Below, in pieces: positions 17,137 to 27,014 of a stretch of DNA of 64,000 bases; position 1 is the stretch's first letter; each line of letters starts with the position of its first letter. Source of the DNA: Acidimicrobiaceae bacterium (lineage in GTDB: Bacteria; Actinomycetota; Acidimicrobiia; Acidimicrobiales; Aldehydirespiratoraceae); the NCBI GenBank assembly GCA_009844405.1, contig VYBO01000022.1, positions 33,878-97,877 of the forward strand, read 5' to 3'. The notes beneath the pieces were generated by a model. That model searched no databases and was not told the origin of the DNA. It was given only the letters and a program-made list of their open reading frames with translations. The position numbers and the translations under genes were made by a program.

Positions 17137-18168
17137 CTACAGCACCCGGGCTCCCGCGCTGGCGATGGCGAGGAAGCCCCGATCGAGGGCCCCGGGTCGA
17201 CAGAGCGCCACCACTGCACCACCGAAGCCGGCGCCGGTGAGCCGGGCGCCATAGACGCCGGGGATCGCTGCCAGTTCGGCAACGAGCGTGTCGAGGGTCG
17301 GGGTCGAGACCTCGAAGTCCTGGCCGAGACTTCGGTGTGACTCGACCATCTGATGGCCGGCCTCGGAGTAGTCACCTTCAGCCAACGCTTCAGCGAAGTC
17401 TCGGACACGCTGGTTCTCACTCACAACATGACGGGCGCGGGCCCTCAAGATCGCGTCGTCGATTCCGGCGACCGCATCGAGCGGCGCCAGCCGCAGCGGG
17501 CCGATGACCTGTTGAGCGGACTCGCACTCGGCCCGCCGTGCTGCGTAGGCCGAGTTGGCCAATTCGCGGTGCTCGCCGGAGTGAACGATCACGACCTCGA
17601 CGTCTTCGGGGACGGGAACCGGCGCGACCTCCAGGCTGTGGCAGTCAATCAGCAGTGCGTGCCCGGCGACGCCGGCCGCCACGGTCAGCTGGTCCATGAT
17701 GCCGCACGGAACTCCGATGCTCCGGTGTTCAGCAGCCTGGCACAACTCTGCGACCGCGAGCGGTGGACCCGGGTGGCCCAGCATCAGCGCGACGGCCACT
17801 TGCACTGCAGCGCTCGATGACAGCCCCGCTACTGGGAGATCCGAGCTCAGCTCTCCGGTGAAGCCGACAGTCGCGTCCATCTCGGCCGCGACGCCGGCAA
17901 GGTGTCGGGCCCATGGCGGACTGACCGAGGCCGGGTCATCGATGGGCAGCTCGAGGCGAGCGCTCGTGCTCTCTCGACCGGAACGGACCTCGACGAGCGA
18001 TCCGCCTACCGTTCCAGTGATGCTCACCCCGCGATCGATGGCCATCGGGAACACAAGGCCCCCCATGTAGTCGGTGTGGTCACCGATGAGATTCACGCGG
18101 CCGGGCGCGAACACTCGTCGGAAGGGCGGCGCATCGCCCCGGCCCTCAGTCGTGGTCAGGACGGGCAA
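17137..18168 (-). CDS. galK: Galactokinase
   Basis: APGRVNLIGDHTDY signature and GHMP motif PVAGLSSSAAV. Confidence 0.9.
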   Translation of the reverse strand: MPVLTTTEGRGDAPPFRRVFAPGRVNLIGDHTDYMGGLVFPMAIDRGVSITGTVGGSLVEVRSGRESTSARLELPIDDPASVSPPWARHLAGVAAEMDATVGFTGELSSDLPVAGLSSSAAVQVAVALMLGHPGPPLAVAELCQAAEHRSIGVPCGIMDQLTVAAGVAGHALLIDCHSLEVAPVPVPEDVEVVIVHSGEHRELANSAYAARRAECESAQQVIGPLRLAPLDAVAGIDDAILRARARHVVSENQRVRDFAEALAEGDYSEAGHQMVESHRSLGQDFEVSTPTLDTLVAELAAIPGVYGARLTGAGFGGAVVALCRPGALDRGFLAIASAGARVL

Positions 18169-18781
18169 GGGAGGCGGCCCAGCGGTAGCAGGCGTCGATC
18201 TGGGGCTCCAGCTCTTCGAGGGTTCCGTCGTTGCTGACCACGAAATCGGCCACCTCCAGGCGCGACTCGCGGTCGGCCTGGCTGGCGATGCGGGCCCTGG
18301 CGTCCTCCTCGGAGAGTCCCCGCCGGGCCACGAGGCGCTGCACGGCGATCTCGGGGTCGGCGTCCACCACCACGATGCCCGAGAGGTCGCGGTAGCGCTC
18401 GGCGATGGGCTGGCCGCCGGGGCGCACCAGCAGCGGGATGTCGAGCACCACCACCGCGCCGGGCGACTGCTCGGCGGCCGCGGCCCTGCGCTCGACCATC
18501 TCGGCGCCCACCGCGGGATGGACGATGGCGTTGAGCGCGTCCAGCTCGCCGGAGTCCTTGAACACCAATGCGGACACCGCGGCCCGGTCCAGGGTGCCGT
18601 CGGCGGCGACCACGACGGGACCCCACCGCTTCACGATGGCGTCGAAGACGGGCCGGCCCGGCTGCTGGAGGTGCCTGACGATCTGGTCGGCGTCGATGAG
18701 GATCGCGCCCCGCTCGACCAGTCCGGCGCCCACCGTGGACTTGCCGGCGCCGATCCCCCCTGTCAGCGCGATCTCAGGCAG
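18146..18781 (-). CDS. coaE: Dephospho-CoA kinase (start codon non-canonical or uncertain)
   Basis: The ORF-track start (GTG 18733) lies inside the P-loop. The in-frame upstream sequence reads LPEIALTGGIGAGKSTVGAG with no ATG/GTG/TTG back to the rpsA stop. A CTG at 18781 is the first candidate. Confidence 0.85.
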   Translation of the reverse strand: MPEIALTGGIGAGKSTVGAGLVERGAILIDADQIVRHLQQPGRPVFDAIVKRWGPVVVAADGTLDRAAVSALVFKDSGELDALNAIVHPAVGAEMVERRAAAAEQSPGAVVVLDIPLLVRPGGQPIAERYRDLSGIVVVDADPEIAVQRLVARRGLSEEDARARIASQADRESRLEVADFVVSNDGTLEELEPQIDACYRWAASLARPDHD

Positions 18782-18784
18782 CGC

Positions 18785-20191
18785 TCAGGTCTCGTCGGCC
18801 GCGGCTTCGGCGTCGACGGCCTCGTCGGCGGAGGCTTCGGCGTCGGCGTCGGCATTCTCGTCCTCGTCCTCGTCCTCGGCGTCGTCGTCGCTGTACTCGG
18901 CGCCGGTCTCACTGGAGAAGTAGTCCTCCCAGGCCTGCTGGCCCTCGGACCCTCCGCCGCCGATGTAGTTCCCTTCCGCGTCGTAGGCGTGGTCGCCGAA
19001 GTGCTCCTGGTACTCGGCCGCGACCACGCCGCCCTCGGCGGCCTGCTTGATCGACAGGCTGATGCGGCGGCGCTGAAGGTCGAGGTCGATGATCTTCACC
19101 CACAGCTCCTCGCCGGGGGTCACCACCTGCTCGGGCAGCTCCACATGGTGCGCGGACATCTCCGAGATGTGCACCAGGCCCTCGATGCCGTCGCCGACCT
19201 GCACGAACGATCCGAACGGCACCAGCTTGGTGATGCGCCCGTACACCAGCTCCCCCACCCGGTGGCTGGCCGCGAACTCCTGCCACGGATCCTGCTGGGT
19301 GGCCTTGAGCGACAGGCTGATGCGCTCCCGGTCCAGGTCGACCTCCAGCACCTGCACGTCGATGCGGTCACCGGCCGACACCACCGCGCTGGGATGGTCG
19401 ACGTGCTTCCAGGACAGCTCCGACACATGGACCAGGCCGTCCATCCCGCCGAGGTCCACGAACGCGCCGAAGTTCACCACCGACGACACCACGCCGCTGC
19501 GTACCTCGCCCGGCCTGAGGTTGTCGAGGAACGCCTCGCGCTGCTCGCGCTGGGTCTCCTCCAGCCAGGCCCGCCGGCTCAGCACCACGTTGTTGCGGTT
19601 CTTGTCGAGCTCGATGATCTTGGCGTCGAGCTCGCGGCCCACATACGGCTGGAGGTCGCGCACCCGGCGCAACTCCACCAGCGACGCGGGCAGGAAGCCC
19701 CTCAGGCCGATGTCGACGATCAGACCGCCCTTGACGACCTCGATGACCATGCCCTTGACCGCTTCGTCAGCCTCCCGCTGCTCCTCGATCCGTCCCCAGG
19801 CCCGCTCGTACTGGGCCCGCTTCTTGGACAGGATCAGGCGGCCCTCCTTGTCCTCCCGGGTGATGACCAGGGCCTCGATCACCTCGCCCATGTCGACGAT
19901 CTCGCCGGGGTCGACGTCGTGGCGGATGCTCAGCTCGCGGGCCGGTATGACGCCCTCGGACTTGTAGCCGATGTCGAGCAGGACCTCTTCCTTGTCGATC
20001 CGGACGACGGTGCCGTCCACGATCTGGCCGTCCTCGACGACCACCATGGTGGAGGCGTAGGCGTCGTCGAGGCTGATGTCGCCGAGGTCGTCCTCGACGA
20101 TCTGGCGTGGGATGTAGGAGCCGTCCTCGGCGAACGTGCCCATCTCGCTGGGGGCAGGCGGTTCGAGGACGGCGGTGGCGGTGTCGGTCAC
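18785..20191 (-). CDS. rpsA: 30S ribosomal protein S1
   Basis: Four S1 repeats; EGVIPARELSIRHDVDPGEIV and EDKEGRLILSKKRAQYERAWG closely match actinobacterial RpsA. GTG at 20191 is preceded by GGAAAG. The ORF maximum is 20257. Confidence 0.95.
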   Translation of the reverse strand: MTDTATAVLEPPAPSEMGTFAEDGSYIPRQIVEDDLGDISLDDAYASTMVVVEDGQIVDGTVVRIDKEEVLLDIGYKSEGVIPARELSIRHDVDPGEIVDMGEVIEALVITREDKEGRLILSKKRAQYERAWGRIEEQREADEAVKGMVIEVVKGGLIVDIGLRGFLPASLVELRRVRDLQPYVGRELDAKIIELDKNRNNVVLSRRAWLEETQREQREAFLDNLRPGEVRSGVVSSVVNFGAFVDLGGMDGLVHVSELSWKHVDHPSAVVSAGDRIDVQVLEVDLDRERISLSLKATQQDPWQEFAASHRVGELVYGRITKLVPFGSFVQVGDGIEGLVHISEMSAHHVELPEQVVTPGEELWVKIIDLDLQRRRISLSIKQAAEGGVVAAEYQEHFGDHAYDAEGNYIGGGGSEGQQAWEDYFSSETGAEYSDDDAEDEDEDENADADAEASADEAVDAEAAADET

Positions 20192-20313
20192 GGTGTCTTT
20201 CCGGGCTGGTCGGTAGCGGTCAAGGGACCCAGTGAGGCTACCGGCCCGAGAACTCAACGAGTCCGGCGTCGGCGGCGGATCTGCGCCGGGTTGCGGTCGG
20301 GGCCGTCGCTGCC

Positions 20314-21438
20314 GTGCAATCCGGCTGGACCCGCCACAATGGAGCCGTGTCCGGGATCCGATGCATGCTCATGCGGGGTGGGACCTCGAAGGGCGCCGTC
20401 TTCACCGCCGCCGATCTGCCCAGCGACGACGCTGAGCGCGACGAGCTGCTCCTGGCCGTCATGGGATCGCCCGACGCTCGCCAGATCGACGGGCTCGGCG
20501 GGGCGAGCCCGCTAACCAGCAAGGTCGCCGTCGTGAAGCCGAGCGATCGCGCCGACGCCGACGTCGACTACCTCTTCCTCCAGGTCAGCGTCGATGAGGC
20601 CCTCGTCAGCGACCGTCAGAACTGCGGCAACATGCTCGCCGCGGTCGCACCGTTCGCCATCGAACGGGGGTTGGTCCCAGCAGCCGGCCACGAAGCCGCA
20701 CCGTTCGCCGCCGTCAGGGTCTACATGCAGAACACCGGCTCGCTGGCGACGGCGACGGTGCCCCTCGCCGACGGGCTCCCGGACTACGCGGGCGACACCT
20801 CCATCGACGGCGTTCCCGGCACGGCTGCGGCCGTGCGACTCGACTTCGGCGGCATCGCCGGTGGATCATGCGGCGCCCTGCTGCCCACCGGCGACACCCT
20901 CGACACGATCGACGGGCTCGACGTGACGCTGGTCGACAACGGCATGCCCGTGGTGGTCCTGCGGGCCGTCGACATGGGAATCGAGGGAACCGAGTCGCCC
21001 GCCGACCTCGAAGCCGACGATGCGCTGCGCGGGCGGCTGGAATCGATCCGGTTGCAGGCGGGCCGCCTGATGAAGCTCGGTGACGTGGCCGGCACCACCG
21101 TCCCAAAGCTCACGATGGTCTCTCCGCCGGCCGGGAAGGGCGACATCTCGACTCGCACGTTCATCCCCCACCGTTGCCACGAGGCGATCGGGGTTCTCGG
21201 GGCCGTCTCGGTCGCCACCGCTGCCCTCCTGCCCGGCTCGACCGCGTCGACCGTGCTGCGGCCCGGAGCGGCCGCCGGCGGAACCCTGTCGCTGGAACAT
21301 CCGACGGGCCAGTTCACAGCCGTGATCGAACTCGACCCCGGCGCTCACCCGCCGGCCGTGCAGCGGGCCGGGATCATCCGGACCGCCCGCAAGATCATGG
21401 ACGGCACCGTCTACCCCGCACCCCGTCACCGACGATGA
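20314..21438 (+). CDS. PrpF-superfamily isomerase, likely 4-oxalomesaconate tautomerase (LigU/GalD-like)
   Basis: MLMRGGTSKGAVF N-terminus typical of PrpF/GalD; genomic context with ligI/ligJ. Confidence 0.75.
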   Translation: MQSGWTRHNGAVSGIRCMLMRGGTSKGAVFTAADLPSDDAERDELLLAVMGSPDARQIDGLGGASPLTSKVAVVKPSDRADADVDYLFLQVSVDEALVSDRQNCGNMLAAVAPFAIERGLVPAAGHEAAPFAAVRVYMQNTGSLATATVPLADGLPDYAGDTSIDGVPGTAAAVRLDFGGIAGGSCGALLPTGDTLDTIDGLDVTLVDNGMPVVVLRAVDMGIEGTESPADLEADDALRGRLESIRLQAGRLMKLGDVAGTTVPKLTMVSPPAGKGDISTRTFIPHRCHEAIGVLGAVSVATAALLPGSTASTVLRPGAAAGGTLSLEHPTGQFTAVIELDPGAHPPAVQRAGIIRTARKIMDGTVYPAPRHRR

Positions 21439-22304
21439 AGTCGATCCAGGCGCCGCATCCCAACCCGCATGCCCCGACCCGGTGGACGCCGCCGCCGAAC
21501 GCCACCGACGCGCACTGCCACGTGTTCGGTCCAGCAGAGACGTTCCCGTTCTCGCCCGAGCGCTCCTACACGCCACCCGACTCGGGGGTCGTCGACTTCA
21601 TGGCGCTCCAGGAACGCCTCGGGCTGTCGCGGGCAGTATTCGTCCAAGCATCGTGTCACGGCACCGACAACGCCGCCATGCTCGACGCCATGCGGCGAGG
21701 CCGGGGCCGCTACGCCGGGGTCGCGATGATCGACGAGTCGTTCAGCGAGGCCGACATCGCCGAACTGCATTCCGCCGGCGCTCGGGGAACGAGGTTCAAC
21801 TTCGTGAAACACCTCGGCGGCGCTCCCGACCTCGACGTGTTCTGGCGGTTGGTCGACCGGGTGCAGCCCTTCGGCTGGCACATCGTGCTGCACTTCGACG
21901 CCAGGGACCTGCCCGGCTACTCCGACCTCCTCGATCGGATGCCGTGCCCGTACATCATCGATCACATGGCCCGCGTCCCGACCGCCGGCGGGGTCGAGCA
22001 GGCCCCGTTCCAGGCGCTCCTCGAAATGATGAGAGACGAGCGCGCCTGGGTCAAGATCTCCGGCGCCGAACGGCTGACCGCCGGAGGGGCGCCGCCCTAC
22101 GACGACGTCGTGCCCTACGCCCGTGCGCTGGTGGCGGCGGCGCCCGACCGTGTCCTCTGGGGAACCGACTGGCCCCATCCGAACGTCCGCCACGTGCCCG
22201 ACGACGGCGACCTCGTCGACCTCCTGGTCGATCTCATACCCGACGAGGCCACGCGGCGTCGGGTGCTGGTGACCAACCCGGAGACCCTGTACGACTTCGG
22301 CTGA
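21435..22304 (+). CDS. Amidohydrolase-2 family, likely 2-pyrone-4,6-dicarboxylate lactonase (LigI-like)
   Basis: DAHCHVFGP ... WGTDWPHPN pattern. The ATG overlaps the upstream stop (ATGA). Confidence 0.75.
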   Translation: MKSIQAPHPNPHAPTRWTPPPNATDAHCHVFGPAETFPFSPERSYTPPDSGVVDFMALQERLGLSRAVFVQASCHGTDNAAMLDAMRRGRGRYAGVAMIDESFSEADIAELHSAGARGTRFNFVKHLGGAPDLDVFWRLVDRVQPFGWHIVLHFDARDLPGYSDLLDRMPCPYIIDHMARVPTAGGVEQAPFQALLEMMRDERAWVKISGAERLTAGGAPPYDDVVPYARALVAAAPDRVLWGTDWPHPNVRHVPDDGDLVDLLVDLIPDEATRRRVLVTNPETLYDFG

Positions 22305-22316
22305 TGACGCGCCCGC

Positions 22317-23339
22317 TCATCCGGAGCCTCCCGGGGTCCGGAGCCGCGGGAAGACGCGGCGAGCGTTGCCCTCGAAGATCCTGGAGCGTTGCTCGCCGGT
22401 CAGATCGGCACGATCGATGTACAGCTTCGTGTCGTCATAGCCCTCGCCTGTGGTGGGGTCGGCCGCCTTGACGGCGCCCAGCATCTCCGAGCCGAAGAGG
22501 ATGTTGCCGGTCGGCACGACGTCCACGAGCAGGTCGATCCCGGGCTGGTGGTAGACGCAGGTGTCGAAGAAGACGTTGTCCATCAGCTGATCGAGTCGAG
22601 CCCAGGCCTCGTTGCTCTCGGCCATGCCCTTGAACCGCCCCCAGTGGTACGGCACCGCTCCGCCGCCGTGGGGGATGATCCAACGCATCGTCGGAAAGTC
22701 GGCGAAGAGCCCCGAGGTCATGGCCTGGACGAATGCGGTGGTGTCGGCGCCGAGGTAGTGCGAGCTGGTGAAGTGGAAGTTGGGGTTGCAAGTGGCGCTG
22801 ACATGCAGCATGGCGGGCACATCGAGCTCGCACATCGCCTCGTAGAGCGGCCACCAGTACGAGTCGAAGAGCGGCGGGCCGCTCCAGTAGCCGCCGGACG
22901 GATCGGGGTTGAGGTTGCACCCGACGAAACCCATCTCCTCGACACAACGGCGGAGTTCGACCACTGAGGACTCGACGCCGGCGCCGGGTGACTGCGGCAG
23001 TTGACAGACCGGAGCGAAGTTCGACGGGCACAGGTCGCAGATGCGGCGGATCAGTTCGTTGCAGTGCTCGGACCAGAACCGGCTGGTGTGCTCGTTGCCG
23101 ATGTGATGACCCATCCACGACGCTCTCGGCGAGAACAGCGTCAGGTCGATGCCGCGCTCGCGCTGGAGGCGGAGCTGGTTGCCCTCGATGCTCTCCCTCA
23201 ACTGGTCGTCGGAGATGTCGAGCCGGCCTTTCTCGCCGATGTGCAGCGGGTCGTCGGCGAGAGCCGCCTTCTGCGCGTCCCGGTAGGCGCCGAGTTCCGG
23301 GGGCGCCGTCGTGTAGTGGCCGTGGCAGTCGATGATCAT
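22317..23339 (-). CDS. Amidohydrolase-2 family, likely 4-oxalomesaconate hydratase (LigJ-like)
   Basis: MIIDCHGHYTT ... IIPHGGGAVPYHWGRF pattern of LigJ-type hydratases. Confidence 0.75.
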   Translation of the reverse strand: MIIDCHGHYTTAPPELGAYRDAQKAALADDPLHIGEKGRLDISDDQLRESIEGNQLRLQRERGIDLTLFSPRASWMGHHIGNEHTSRFWSEHCNELIRRICDLCPSNFAPVCQLPQSPGAGVESSVVELRRCVEEMGFVGCNLNPDPSGGYWSGPPLFDSYWWPLYEAMCELDVPAMLHVSATCNPNFHFTSSHYLGADTTAFVQAMTSGLFADFPTMRWIIPHGGGAVPYHWGRFKGMAESNEAWARLDQLMDNVFFDTCVYHQPGIDLLVDVVPTGNILFGSEMLGAVKAADPTTGEGYDDTKLYIDRADLTGEQRSRIFEGNARRVFPRLRTPGGSG

Positions 23340-26080
23340 GCGCCCCGTCCTCGCTCTCCGCTCGGACTCTTGGCCCCCGCCCAGGTGGCCGCCACCTGGA
23401 GGTCGACCTCGAGAGGCACCCGCAGCTCGAACGCTCCCCGCATCACGTCCCGGGTGAGCTCCGATGCCGCCGCGATCTCGGTCTCGGGCGATTCCAGGAT
23501 GATCTCGTCGTGGACCTGCAGCACGATCCGCGACGACAGTTCGCGCTCCTGTAGGGCCCGGTCGAGGCGGACCAGCGCCACTTTGAAGATGTCGGCGGCC
23601 AGTCCCTGGATTCCGGCGTTCATGGCTTGGCGCTCCCCTGCCTGGCGCAGCCGCACGTTGGGGCTGGCCAGCTCGGGGATCTGCCGGCGCCGGCCGAACA
23701 GGGTCTCGGTGTAGCCCTTGCTGCGGGCCTCGGCCACGGTCCGGTCCATGTACTGGCGCACCGCACCGAAGGCCTCGAAGTAGGCGTCGAGGATCTCGGC
23801 CGCCTCCCCGGTCGGGATGTTAAGGCGCTGGGCCAGGCCGTACGCCTCCATCCCGTAGGCCAGCCCGTAGGACACCATCTTGGCGGTGGCCCTCTCCTCC
23901 ACCCCCACCTCCGACACCGCGATGTCGAACACCCGGGCCGCGGTGGCGGTGTGGATGTCGTCGCCCGCCTCGAAGGCCGCGATCAGGCCCGGATCCTCGG
24001 CCAGATGGGCGATGCAGCGCAGCTCGATCTGGTCGTAGTCGGCGACCAGCAGCCTGTGCCCCGGCGGCGCCACGAAGGCGGTGCGGAACACCCGCCCCCG
24101 CTCGGAGCGCACCGGGATGTTGTGGAGGTTGGGCGCATCGGAGCTGAGGCGGCCGGTGCGGGCCACGGTCTGGTTGAAGGTGGCCCGGATGCGGTCGTCC
24201 GCCCCGACCTCGGCCAGCAGCCCGACCCCGTAGGTGGAGCGCAGCTTCTCCACCTCCCGGTAGCCGAGCAGGTGGTCGACGATGGGGTGCTCGCCCCGCA
24301 GCTTCTCCAGCGACTGCGCGTCGGTCGAGAACCCGGTCTTGGTCCGCTTGGTGGGCGTGAGCCCGAGATCGTCGAAGAGCACCTCGGCGAGCTGCTTGGG
24401 CGAGTTGACGTTGACGTCGCGCCCGGCGTCGGCCAACACCTCGCGGCGGAGATCCTCGGCCTCGGTGTCGAGTTCGTCGCGGATGGTCTCCAGCACGGCG
24501 CGGTCCACGCCTATCCCGACGTGCTCCATCCGGGCCAGGACCCGCACCAGCGGCACCTCCACCTCGTCGTTGAGGCGGTCCAGGCCCTGCGCCGCCAGAG
24601 CCTCGCGCAGGGGCGCGACCAGGCGGTCGATGGCCAGGACGGCCCACCCGGCCTGCTCGGCGGGCTCGGCCGCGTCCCCGTCGAGGTCCAGGCGCCCCTC
24701 CGGCTGGGCGTGCGCGGGCGGGTCGAGGCCGGCGTAGCGGCCGGCCACGTCGCTCAGGTCGTAGCGGGCGTCGGCCGGGTCGAGCAGGTAGGCGGCCAGC
24801 ATCGTGTCGATCAGCGGGTCGCGCATCTCCACACCCCGGTCGAGCAGCGGGCGCATGAGGGACTTGCCGTCGTGCGCGGCCAGCGGCCGGTGCCGCTCGC
24901 CGGTGCCGGGTTGGCCGCCTGCGCCGGCGCCGACGAGCCCGGCCAGCGCCTCGGAGACCTCGTGGTCGTCCAGCAGCTCGCCGGCAACGAAGGCCACCCG
25001 GCCCGCGTCGGGGTCGACCGCCCAGGCCAGGCCGGCAGCCAGGCCCCCGGCCGGGGTGGCCAGCGCCAGCCGGGTCCCCGCGGCCTCGGGGGCGGCTGCG
25101 GCTCGCAGCGCCTCGACCGCCTGCGCGGCGGTGGCCAGCACCGACACCACGGGCTCGGGGGTCCGGGCGGCAAGCTCTGCGCCATCCGACGCGTCGGCGC
25201 CGAGCGCGTCGCCGAGCACGTCGGCCAGGCGGCCGTGCAGCGACCGGAACTCCAGGAAGTCGAACAGCTTGCGCACCGCCTCCGCGTCGACCTGTCCCAG
25301 GGCCAGCTCGTCGAGCCCGGCATGGAGGGGCACGTCGCGCACCAGCACCATCACCTCTGCGTTGGTGCGCACCTGCGCCTCCGTGGCGGCCAGGTTCTCC
25401 CGCAGCTTGGGCGACAGCTCGTCCAGCGAGGCGAAGATCCCGTCGAGCCCTCCCCTGTCGTTGACGAGCTTCGCCGCGGTCTTCTCCCCCACTCCGGGCA
25501 CTCCGGGCAGGTTGTCGCTGGCGTCGCCCCTAAGGGCCGCGTAGTGGACATAGTCGGCGGGACTCACGCCGGTGCGCTCCAGAATGCCGGCCTCGTCGTA
25601 CAGCTTGTAGTCCGACACTCCCCGCATGTTGTAGAGCACCTTCACGTGCGGGTCCTCCACCAGCTGGTAGGTGTCGCGGTCGCCGGTCACGACGATCACG
25701 TCGTCGCCCCGGTCGCGGCCCGCGGTGGCCAGCGTGGCGATCACGTCGTCCGCCTCGAAGCCGGCCGCGTCCACCATGGGCAAGGCCAAGGCGTCGAGCA
25801 CCTCGCGTACCAGGCCCATCTGCTGGCGCAGGATGTCGGGCGCGGCGTCGCGGGTGCCCTTGTAGGTGGGGACCTTGGTATGGCGGAACGTCGGCTCGGG
25901 TCGGTCGAAGGCGACGATGATCTGGTCGGGCCCGTGGTCGCGCCACAGGTTGATGAGCATCGAGGTGAATCCGAACACCGCGTTGGTGATCTGCCCCGAG
26001 GCGGTGGCCATGTCGGTGGGCAGGGCGAAGAAGGCGCGGTAGGCCAGGGAGTTGCCGTCGATCAGCATCACCTTGGCCAC
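23336..26080 (-). CDS. polA: DNA polymerase I
   Basis: 914 aa; 5'-3' exonuclease N-terminus (LIDGNSLAYRAFFAL); polymerase motifs DYDQIELRCIAHL and QVHDEIILE. Confidence 0.95.
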   Translation of the reverse strand: MAKVMLIDGNSLAYRAFFALPTDMATASGQITNAVFGFTSMLINLWRDHGPDQIIVAFDRPEPTFRHTKVPTYKGTRDAAPDILRQQMGLVREVLDALALPMVDAAGFEADDVIATLATAGRDRGDDVIVVTGDRDTYQLVEDPHVKVLYNMRGVSDYKLYDEAGILERTGVSPADYVHYAALRGDASDNLPGVPGVGEKTAAKLVNDRGGLDGIFASLDELSPKLRENLAATEAQVRTNAEVMVLVRDVPLHAGLDELALGQVDAEAVRKLFDFLEFRSLHGRLADVLGDALGADASDGAELAARTPEPVVSVLATAAQAVEALRAAAAPEAAGTRLALATPAGGLAAGLAWAVDPDAGRVAFVAGELLDDHEVSEALAGLVGAGAGGQPGTGERHRPLAAHDGKSLMRPLLDRGVEMRDPLIDTMLAAYLLDPADARYDLSDVAGRYAGLDPPAHAQPEGRLDLDGDAAEPAEQAGWAVLAIDRLVAPLREALAAQGLDRLNDEVEVPLVRVLARMEHVGIGVDRAVLETIRDELDTEAEDLRREVLADAGRDVNVNSPKQLAEVLFDDLGLTPTKRTKTGFSTDAQSLEKLRGEHPIVDHLLGYREVEKLRSTYGVGLLAEVGADDRIRATFNQTVARTGRLSSDAPNLHNIPVRSERGRVFRTAFVAPPGHRLLVADYDQIELRCIAHLAEDPGLIAAFEAGDDIHTATAARVFDIAVSEVGVEERATAKMVSYGLAYGMEAYGLAQRLNIPTGEAAEILDAYFEAFGAVRQYMDRTVAEARSKGYTETLFGRRRQIPELASPNVRLRQAGERQAMNAGIQGLAADIFKVALVRLDRALQERELSSRIVLQVHDEIILESPETEIAAASELTRDVMRGAFELRVPLEVDLQVAATWAGAKSPSGERGRGA

Positions 26081-26119
26081 GACGAGAAATCTACGGCACC
26101 CAGACCCGGTGCCGGGCAG

Positions 26120-26707
26120 TCACGGCGAGATGCGGCCCTCCAGCACGTCGCCGGCCACGTCGCGCATGGTGCGGCGCTGCGACATGGCTGTGCGCTGGAG
26201 GAAGGCGTAGGCGTCCTGCTCGCTCATCCGATGATCGTCGAGGAGTCGTCCCTTGGCCCGGTCGACGACCTTGCGCACCTCCAGGCGGTCCTCGAGGTCG
26301 CCGATCCGGCCCTCCAGCGCCTCCATCTCCCGGTAGCGGGCCAGGGCCAGCTCCACCGCTGGCACCAGGGAGTCGCGCCGGTAGGGCTTGATCAGGTAGG
26401 TCATGGCCCCGGCCTCGCGAGCCTGCTCCACCAGCTCACGCTGGCTGAAGGCGGTGAGGATCACCACCGCGGTGCCCCGCTGCGGAGCGATCCGCTTGGC
26501 GGCCTCGATACCGTCGAGGCCGGGCATCTTCACATCGAGGATGGCCACATCGGGACGGTGCTCGGCCACCAGTCTCACCGCCTCGTCGCCCCGACCGGTG
26601 TCGGCCACGACGTCGAAGCCCTGCTCGCGCAGGGTCTCCACCAGATCGAGCCGGATGATGGCCTCGTCCTCCGCCACCACCACCCGAACCGCGCCGGCGG
26701 CGCTCAC
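26120..26707 (-). CDS. pdtaR: Response regulator with ANTAR RNA-binding output domain (PdtaR-like)
   Basis: Receiver domain VRVVVAEDEAIIRLDL...AILDVKMPGLDG and ANTAR VDRAKGRLLDDHRMSEQDAYAFLQRTAMSQRRTMRDVA. GTG start at 26707 overlaps the upstream stop. Confidence 0.85.
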   Translation of the reverse strand: MSAAGAVRVVVAEDEAIIRLDLVETLREQGFDVVADTGRGDEAVRLVAEHRPDVAILDVKMPGLDGIEAAKRIAPQRGTAVVILTAFSQRELVEQAREAGAMTYLIKPYRRDSLVPAVELALARYREMEALEGRIGDLEDRLEVRKVVDRAKGRLLDDHRMSEQDAYAFLQRTAMSQRRTMRDVAGDVLEGRISP

Positions 26708-26991
26708 AACGCCGTGAACCGATCCAGCAACGCGTCCTGGTCGGCCTCGAGGCGGACGATGCGGGCCGCGATCTCGTCGCGGTGCCGCTTCAGCCGGTCG
26801 GCGTGGCGCTGCGCCTCGCGGTACTCGCGCTCGGCCAGCGGCGTCTCCGACACCAGGGCCCGCAGCCGGCACTCGTCGGCCTCCTCGCTGACCTGGACCA
26901 GCTGCTCCTCGCAGACGCGAAGGTCGGTCCGCAACGCGTTCAACTGCTGTCCAACCCCCCGCAGCCGACGCTCGATCCGGTCGCGCGACAT
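26704..26991 (-). CDS. Small coiled-coil hypothetical protein (95 aa)
   Basis: MSRDRIERRLRGVGQQLNALRTDLRVCEEQLVQ... is heptad-like and charged. GTGA overlap with pdtaR suggests co-translation. Confidence 0.5.
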   Translation of the reverse strand: MSRDRIERRLRGVGQQLNALRTDLRVCEEQLVQVSEEADECRLRALVSETPLAEREYREAQRHADRLKRHRDEIAARIVRLEADQDALLDRFTAL

Positions 26992-27014
26992 GCCCCCCAG
27001 TCTAGGAGGAGCCC

